DNA of 64,000 nucleotides from an uncultured Bacteroidales bacterium (lineage in GTDB: Bacteria; Bacteroidota; Bacteroidia; Bacteroidales; UBA7960): positions 6,176 to 70,175 of the forward strand of contig CAZBGI010000008.1 in the NCBI GenBank assembly GCA_964491395.1. Reading direction: 5' to 3'. A program made the position numbers and the translations under genes. Under the pieces are notes generated by a model, which was not told the origin of the DNA, did not search any database, and worked only from the letters and a program-made list of their open reading frames with translations. This document shows, one piece after another, positions 57,961 through 64,000 of this stretch. Numbering within the stretch: position 1 is the stretch's first letter; the number at the start of each line of letters is the position of its first letter.

Positions 57961-59259
57961 ATGACCCAATATTCCGTTTTTTGGTTTCGCCGCGATTTGC
58001 GCCTGGTAGATAACAAAGGGCTCTATTATGCGCTGAAAGAAAAGAATAACCTCATCCCCCTGTTTATTTTCGATACAGACATTATTGACAGCTTGCCTGA
58101 AGATGATGCCCGGGTAGATTTTATTTATCAGAATCTCAGCAGCATGGAGCAAGAACTGAAACAAAAAGGAAAACACCTCCTGGTGCTGAAAGGAAAACCT
58201 ATCGAAATCTTTCAAAACCTCTTAAATGACTACCCGATAAAAAGCGTTTACACCAACAAAGATCATGAACCCTACGGTATAGAACGTGACAAGGAGATTG
58301 CAGGATTACTCAACGAGAAGGGTGTTGAATTTAAAAGTTATCTGGATCATTTGCTTTTCGATAAAGATGAAGTACTAAAGAGTGATGGTACACCGTACAA
58401 CGTATTTACACCTTATGGCAAGAAATGTAAAGAAATATTATCATCCGGGCATTTAAAACATTATAATTCGGAAAAACTACTTCATCACTTTGCAGAATTG
58501 CCAGACAGCAAGTTTCCCAGCCTGAGGGACATTGGATTTTCATCTCCTTCCCTTGATTTTCCCTCAAAAAAGGTAGGGAACTCCCTCCTTGAGCATTATC
58601 ATCAAACACGCGATTACCCTGCAGAAAATGGAACTTCAAGGGTAGGAGTGCATTTGAGATTTGGAACTGTCAGTTTAAGGGGCCTGGCCCAAAAAGCCCT
58701 TAAAAAGAACGATACGTATTTGAATGAACTTTTCTGGAGAGAATTTTATGCCATGATATTATGGCACTACCCCAATGTGGTAAATGACTCATTTAAGCCC
58801 GCCTATGACAAAATACCCTGGCGCAACGATAAAGAGGAATTCGAAAAGTGGAAGGCAGGGAAAACCGGTTACCCTATCGTAGATGCAGGAATGAGGGAGC
58901 TTGACCAAACGGGATATATGCATAACCGGATACGGATGGTAACGGCCAGCTTTCTTACCAAACACTTGTTGATTGACTGGCGTTGGGGAGAAGCCTGGTT
59001 CGCGGAAAAGCTTCTTGATTATGAGCTTTCGAGCAACAACGGAGGCTGGCAATGGAGTGCAGGAAGCGGATGTGATGCAGCACCTTATTTCAGGATTTTT
59101 AACCCCATCACCCAACAACAGAAATTTGACCCGAAAGCCAGGTATATCCAAAGATGGGTTCCCGAATATGATACTGAAAATTATGCGGATCCTTTAGTGG
59201 ATCATAAATTTGCACGGGAAAGATGTTTGTCAACTTTCAAAAAAGCCCTGAACGGATAA
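57961..59259 (+). CDS. Cryptochrome/photolyase family protein (deoxyribodipyrimidine photolyase type)
   Basis: 432 aa. N terminus FWFRRDLRLVDN. FAD-binding region TGYPIVDAGMREL..TGYMHNRIRMVTASFL...GGWQWSAGSGCDAAPYFRIFNP. Confidence 0.9.
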   Translation: MTQYSVFWFRRDLRLVDNKGLYYALKEKNNLIPLFIFDTDIIDSLPEDDARVDFIYQNLSSMEQELKQKGKHLLVLKGKPIEIFQNLLNDYPIKSVYTNKDHEPYGIERDKEIAGLLNEKGVEFKSYLDHLLFDKDEVLKSDGTPYNVFTPYGKKCKEILSSGHLKHYNSEKLLHHFAELPDSKFPSLRDIGFSSPSLDFPSKKVGNSLLEHYHQTRDYPAENGTSRVGVHLRFGTVSLRGLAQKALKKNDTYLNELFWREFYAMILWHYPNVVNDSFKPAYDKIPWRNDKEEFEKWKAGKTGYPIVDAGMRELDQTGYMHNRIRMVTASFLTKHLLIDWRWGEAWFAEKLLDYELSSNNGGWQWSAGSGCDAAPYFRIFNPITQQQKFDPKARYIQRWVPEYDTENYADPLVDHKFARERCLSTFKKALNG

Positions 59260-59265
59260 ATCGGG

Positions 59266-59712
59266 TTAATTAATCAGACTGTCGGGTGATTCAGAAAACC
59301 ATTCATCCTCTTCATCCTCAAACCAGTCGCCTTCTTCGTAAAGATCATCCAGGGGTATATCAACCAACCACTTCCCGTCAACTTTAACCAGTGAAACTTC
59401 AGCTGTTTCCCCGTATTCTATGTAGCTGCACAAAGCCGTGGAACCTGAAACTGTACAATTAATATCAGCAAGGGTATATTTCACAATCTCTTCTTCGTCG
59501 GGCAGGTAGAAACCCACAGAAGCCAGGTCTTTCATCATTTCCAGCAACTGTTTTGTAGAAGCTGTGCCATAAACGGCAGCTTCATCATACTCGCCCGCAG
59601 CAAAATGATTGGCAAACTTCATCATTACTTCTTCAGCTGTATCCTCCTGCTGGCAAGCTGTAAACAAAGCACAGATCAAACTGAACGTTAATAACATTTT
59701 TATAGTTTTCAT
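59266..59712 (-). CDS. Hypothetical lipoprotein with acidic C-terminal tail
   Basis: Start taken at ATG 59712 (MKTIKMLLTFSLICALFTAC lipobox). The C terminus is EEGDWFEDEEDEWFSE. Confidence 0.55.
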   Translation of the reverse strand: MKTIKMLLTFSLICALFTACQQEDTAEEVMMKFANHFAAGEYDEAAVYGTASTKQLLEMMKDLASVGFYLPDEEEIVKYTLADINCTVSGSTALCSYIEYGETAEVSLVKVDGKWLVDIPLDDLYEEGDWFEDEEDEWFSESPDSLIN

Positions 59713-59791
59713 GCTGCGTGGTATTTGAATTTGTTTGAATGTCTTTTGTGAAGAAAACAACATTACAAATTTACAACTCTGAAGAAATGTA

Positions 59792-62146
59792 TTACCTGTT
59801 TTCGTCTTTTACTGCAGAAGATGAGCTTTCATGAGTTATATCCACTGATATTTCTACTACCTTATCTATCTGTCCGGATTCATTCAATTGCGCTTTGGTA
59901 ACACCCTTGATAATGAAGTAATCGCCCTGCCGGCTCTTCCTTCTTAATGTTCCTTTTACTTCTTTACCTCCCTGGAGTATATCCCAGAATTTGCGATAGT
60001 TTTCGGATTGCTCCCAGTCGGGGTTATCAAAGAAAATGCTATGATGTTTTCCTTTGAGTTCTGAGGATGAATAGCCACTAACCTTTTCAAAGTTTTCATT
60101 GACATTGATTATCTTTCCCCGGGCATCGTATTCTAACACGCAGAACAATGTTTCGGAGGTCTCCACAAGGGTCTGAAGCTCTGTTTCTTTGCGTGCCATT
60201 TCTTCTTGTGTAGCATGCATCTCCTCCATGTTTTGCCTCATCTCCTCTTCCTGTGCCCGCATTTCCTCAGCTTGCTGCTGCGATTGTTCTAACAGGTAGG
60301 CCGTCCGGATGTTGATTTTTACCGATGAAATGGTGCTGGCAATATTTTCGGCAACCTTTTCAATAAACTCAACATGGTAGGGTTCGAATTTTTTAAACGA
60401 GGCCAGCTCGATAACTCCATATACTTTTTCATTCAACAACAGAGGAACCAGTAACAAAGCATTTGGGTTTTCATCTCCCAGCCCGGAAGTGATCCGAACA
60501 TAATCCTGGGGTATATCTGTCATCAAAATGGGTTTCTTCTCCAAAAAACATGCTCCTGTTAAACCTTCTCCAATATCAATCCTTTTGGTAATATATTTTT
60601 TCCTGTCGTAAGCATAACAAGCGGTCATTTCGAGGAAGGGATCATTTTTGCTCTCATCATTCAGAATGAACAAACCTCCCTGGGTAGCATCCAGATATTT
60701 TACAAGATTTTTTATCACATTAAAGCTTAATTCCTCCAGGTTATCATTGTTGTACCGGAGGATATCCGCGAATTTTGCAAGTCCGTTGGTAATCCAGTTT
60801 CTGACGGTATCTTCTGCCTTACGCTTTTGCTCTTCTTCCCGGGCCTTTTCAAGGCTATCGCGCATATTTAGCAATGCTGTACCCAGAACATCGTTTTCCC
60901 CCAGCTTTTGATAAGAAACTTCTAATTGGCCCTGGCCTATTTTTTCAGCAAACCCTGCTCCTGCCTTCAATCCAGCAAGCAATGAATTTAAACTCGATGC
61001 CATTTGGGCATTTTCATCCTTTCCCTCTACCTTCAATGCTTTTACATTATTAATATCTCCGGTAGCAATTTTCCTGATGACCGCTGTTGTTTTTTTCAAA
61101 GGATTCGTTATGTTGTTGGCAATCATGTATGTGACCCACGCCAGCAATAGCAAGCCCAACACAACTACAATCATCGATCGGTAAAATATTTGATTAGCTT
61201 CAGCAGTGATAAAACTTCGGGGTATTACAACGGCAAATGACCAGGGGGTATCGGTTTCTCCAATATAAATGGGAGCATAGGTTATTAAAGCGTCTTCTTC
61301 CAGGACTTCACTGTAAGCAAAATGAGAAGTAAACTCTCCCTGCTTTATGATTTGCTCCAGGCTGTAAGTTTGAAAGTAGTTCTCCTGCTTTTCTGACATG
61401 TTTTCACCCAGGAACTCTGCATTTGGATGCCCCACATAGGTACCGTCGTTGGAAAGCAGATAGGTATAGCCTACATCAAAGGGATTAATGGAAAGGACAA
61501 GTTCCTGGAAACGATCCAGAATAATATCCGTGCCGGCCAAACCGGCAAACCGGCCATCTATAATAATGGGAATACAAGGGCTTACCTCCAGCATCTGGTC
61601 ATGATCACTTCCGGAATAGCTGTACCAATAGGGATCAGTAATTGTCTCATCCATACTTTCTTTTATCAGGGCATATAAGCTTCCTTCATCATCTCCCTCA
61701 AGGTTCAGGGTATCTTTCTGGTAAATCAATCGACCGTTTTGTCTAACCCAGGTATATCTTACCCGCCCGTGAGGTGCTGTGTAATCCGGAAGCAAGGCAT
61801 TCAGTTCAAGGCTTATCCAGGTAGAATAAAAATCCGAATTGCGATCCAGAAACTCATAAAGGACAGGAGAAACAATATCCTCGGTAATTTCCAGCGGGTA
61901 ATCTGGAAAATTTTGCAAGGACCAACCAATGCCCCGTGAAAGGTTAAAATCGGTATTGAGTTCACTGTTGACCAGACTTGCATATTCACGGGCTTGCATA
62001 CTTGCCATTTCCCTGGCATCGCGGTGGGCCTTATCACTCATTCTGAGTGTTATGTATCCAAACGAAACAATATAGATAGCCGATGTTACGGATAATATCA
62101 GCAACAACAACTTGTGCCGGATTCGCAAATTTTTAAAAGATATCAT
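59792..62146 (-). CDS. Membrane sensor: periplasmic Cache-like domain, TM, HAMP, GAF, coiled coil, PAS; no recognisable output domain
   Basis: 784 aa. Two transmembrane helices flank a periplasmic region of about 290 aa. HAMP-like NPLKKTTAVIRKIATGD. GAF-like ..GGLFILNDES...GEGLTGACFLEKKPILMTDIP...VPLLLNEKVYGVIELASF. Glu/Met heptads AEEMRAQEEEMRQNMEEMHATQEEM. The C-terminal PAS-like region has NENFEKVSGYSSSELKGK. Confidence 0.8.
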   Translation of the reverse strand: MISFKNLRIRHKLLLLILSVTSAIYIVSFGYITLRMSDKAHRDAREMASMQAREYASLVNSELNTDFNLSRGIGWSLQNFPDYPLEITEDIVSPVLYEFLDRNSDFYSTWISLELNALLPDYTAPHGRVRYTWVRQNGRLIYQKDTLNLEGDDEGSLYALIKESMDETITDPYWYSYSGSDHDQMLEVSPCIPIIIDGRFAGLAGTDIILDRFQELVLSINPFDVGYTYLLSNDGTYVGHPNAEFLGENMSEKQENYFQTYSLEQIIKQGEFTSHFAYSEVLEEDALITYAPIYIGETDTPWSFAVVIPRSFITAEANQIFYRSMIVVVLGLLLLAWVTYMIANNITNPLKKTTAVIRKIATGDINNVKALKVEGKDENAQMASSLNSLLAGLKAGAGFAEKIGQGQLEVSYQKLGENDVLGTALLNMRDSLEKAREEEQKRKAEDTVRNWITNGLAKFADILRYNNDNLEELSFNVIKNLVKYLDATQGGLFILNDESKNDPFLEMTACYAYDRKKYITKRIDIGEGLTGACFLEKKPILMTDIPQDYVRITSGLGDENPNALLLVPLLLNEKVYGVIELASFKKFEPYHVEFIEKVAENIASTISSVKINIRTAYLLEQSQQQAEEMRAQEEEMRQNMEEMHATQEEMARKETELQTLVETSETLFCVLEYDARGKIINVNENFEKVSGYSSSELKGKHHSIFFDNPDWEQSENYRKFWDILQGGKEVKGTLRRKSRQGDYFIIKGVTKAQLNESGQIDKVVEISVDITHESSSSAVKDENR

Positions 62147-62345
62147 TGCAGTGGAATTGAGAGTGTTTTGGGTTGGGCCAATACTATATGTACCAGTTTA
62201 TTATTGCCTGGGATTACGAGGAGCCGAACCTGTAATGCATCTTTAGTTTGTTGTTCAAAAGAAACTGAATTCGATAAAAAACTTATCTTATTTATTGTAA
62301 TTATTTTCAAAGCAAACAAGCATTTTAACAGACGGACTGAAAACC

Positions 62346-62371
62346 AAAAAACCGGAATATTCCGGTTTTTT
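62346..62371 (-). terminator. Perfect palindromic terminator between the two sensor genes
   Basis: aaaaaaccgga-atat-tccggtttttt forms an 11-bp stem with a 4-nt loop. A and T runs on both sides. It begins 9 nt after the stop of the upstream sensor gene. Confidence 0.7.
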
Positions 62372-62379
62372 GGATTAAG

Positions 62380-64000
62380 TTATTCTTTTATCTTTTGAAC
62401 TATAAATACAATTTTTATGGGTGCTCCATATTTATTAAGAATGTGTTTGAAAGCCCCTTTTACAGGCACCGTGGAGCCATCTCTCCTGAGGAGCAGAAAA
62501 TCTCCTTCAATGCTTGTACCTTTGCTCAGGGTATCTATTACATTGAGCATTCCCTGGCTTTCCATATGAGTCTTATCAAACAATTTGAAAAAACTGAACG
62601 AATCGACTTCATGCTCTGAATAGTTGACCAGTGATGCTAAATTGGCGTTGATTTTCTTTATTTTGCAATCCACTGACAGCTCCATAACAGGAATTGAACT
62701 GTTAATGGCCTGGAAAAACCCTTCGCTTTCCGTTTCTTTTCGTTCCATTTCTTCCTGCGTAGCATGCATCTCTTCCATATTCTGACGCATTTCTTCTTCC
62801 TGGGCTCTCATCTCTTCACTTTGTTCTTGCGACTGATGCAGCAATTCGGTGGTACGAATATTTATTTTTACACTGGAAATGGTTGAAGCAATGGATTCCG
62901 CTACTTTTTCAACAAATTCTATATGGTAGGATTCCAGCACTTTAAAAGAGGCAATTTCAATAACACCAAATATTTCATCATTCAGCTTAAGTGGCACAAT
63001 GAGAATGCATCTGGGGTTAGAGTCACCAAGTCCTGAGGTTATGTTAATATAGCTATCGGGAATATCTGTAAGGAAGATTGTTTCACCTTCCTGCAAACAA
63101 GTTCCCACAAGACCTTCACCCTTGGCTATGGTTTTCTTCAGAAACTTGCGCCGTTCATAAGCATAGCATGCAGAGAGTTCAACAGCAGGTACTTCAGTGT
63201 CTTCCCTCAAAATAAACACCCCTCCCTGGTTGGCCTCCAGGTATCCTACCAGGTTTCTGATAATATTGAAAGATAGTTCCTGCAGGTTGTCATTGTTTTG
63301 TCTGAGTAGTTCAGCAAATTTGGCAACACCCTGGGTAGCCCAGTTGCGTTTGGTGTCTTCTATTTTTCTTTTTTCTTCTTCGGTTTTGGCTTGTCGCAGG
63401 CTACCCCGCATTTCAACCAGTGAGATTCCAAGTGTGTCCTCTTCACTCAAAGGCTTAAAATCATGCTCAAAATTTCCTGCTCCTATTTCCGATGCAAAAG
63501 TTACTTTCTCTTTGAGTCCATCAATAAGAAAATTAAGGGCTTTGCTCATATCTCCAATTTCATCTTCTCTTGCCTTTAGGGTATGATCGGGAAGTTTTCC
63601 CTCGCCCATTTCACTGAGAGTATTGCGCAAATAAATTAGCGGTTTGGTTATCATTCTTACAAACAGCATCGCAATGATAATACCTCCAATAACGATGATG
63701 ATACCCAGTAAAAAGCTGAGACTTGTAAATCTCTCGAGGGTAGTTTCCATATTGATTTGCCCACTGGTAACAATGGTTCGTTGCACCTCAATAAGTTCAT
63801 CGAGACTTTGAATGAGTTCCCGGGTATTTCTTACAATTGTACCTCCCTCTTCCATCATAGGACGAATCTCAAAAATCACCATCACGTCATCGTAACTCAT
63901 GAAATCGGACAGTTCGTCCATGACAAAGCCATAAGTAATAAACAACTCACCAATTTCACGCAGTACTTCGTTGAGCTCTTCTTTTTGTTCTTCATTCCAT
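62380..64000 (-). CDS. Paralogous sensor (HAMP, GAF, coiled coil, PAS); N terminus beyond the right edge
   Basis: The track start at 63945 is a TTG, and the frame remains open to base 63999 (..WNEEQKEELNEVLREIGELFITYG..), so the gene is 5'-truncated by the window. Its domain order matches the neighbouring gene, and the coiled-coil segment SEEMRAQEEEMRQNMEEMHATQEEM is nearly identical. Confidence 0.8.
   Translation of the reverse strand, partial: WNEEQKEELNEVLREIGELFITYGFVMDELSDFMSYDDVMVIFEIRPMMEEGGTIVRNTRELIQSLDELIEVQRTIVTSGQINMETTLERFTSLSFLLGIIIVIGGIIIAMLFVRMITKPLIYLRNTLSEMGEGKLPDHTLKAREDEIGDMSKALNFLIDGLKEKVTFASEIGAGNFEHDFKPLSEEDTLGISLVEMRGSLRQAKTEEEKRKIEDTKRNWATQGVAKFAELLRQNNDNLQELSFNIIRNLVGYLEANQGGVFILREDTEVPAVELSACYAYERRKFLKKTIAKGEGLVGTCLQEGETIFLTDIPDSYINITSGLGDSNPRCILIVPLKLNDEIFGVIEIASFKVLESYHIEFVEKVAESIASTISSVKINIRTTELLHQSQEQSEEMRAQEEEMRQNMEEMHATQEEMERKETESEGFFQAINSSIPVMELSVDCKIKKINANLASLVNYSEHEVDSFSFFKLFDKTHMESQGMLNVIDTLSKGTSIEGDFLLLRRDGSTVPVKGAFKHILNKYGAPIKIVFIVQKIKE

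Noticed and set aside
60180-62960. Nucleotide similarity between 60180-60420 and 62720-62960, first suspected to be a dispersed repeat or mobile element
   Set aside because: The similarity is in-frame within two paralogous sensor genes and follows protein conservation. It is a gene duplication, not a mobile repeat.

Overview
This is a 64-kb chromosomal segment that reads as Bacteroidota. Four exported proteins end in a type IX secretion (T9SS) C-terminal sorting domain. A CarboxypepD_reg-type TonB-dependent receptor is paired with a DUF4249-like lipoprotein. Many genes are preceded by the Bacteroidetes -7 promoter box TAnnTTTG, and lipoprotein and signal peptides are abundant. I count about 47 protein-coding genes and saw no rRNA, tRNA or CRISPR array. 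Housekeeping genes are citrate synthase (partial, left edge), NADP-isocitrate dehydrogenase, PEP carboxylase, DapA, LigA, a LolD-type ATPase and a photolyase. Exported peptide- and guanidino-processing enzymes form a strong theme: a PPAD/agmatine-deiminase-family T9SS protein, oligopeptidase B, an M19 dipeptidase, two M14 carboxypeptidases and an orphan family-5 peptide-binding lipoprotein. The most interesting locus is 7.8-10.1 kb. There an ArsM-like methyltransferase, a 33-codon Cys-bearing ORF too short for the supplied ORF track (8585-8686), and a radical SAM enzyme with a complete SPASM motif form one apparent operon. This is a candidate peptide-modification (RiPP-like) or metalloid-related cassette that I cannot assign to a named family. 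Other points of interest are listed below:
- A palindromic leader element (CTTGCATAA-N35-TTATGCAAG) shared by two unrelated exported-protein genes.
- An AT-rich islet carrying an IS3 OrfA stub and a probably broken gene.
- A protein built from strict 16-residue AGF.NV repeats.
- Two tandem paralogous HAMP-GAF-PAS sensors with no recognisable output domain; the second runs off the right edge.
All homology calls come from motifs I recognise by eye. No database search was run, and start codons are chosen by signal-peptide or lipobox logic where stated.
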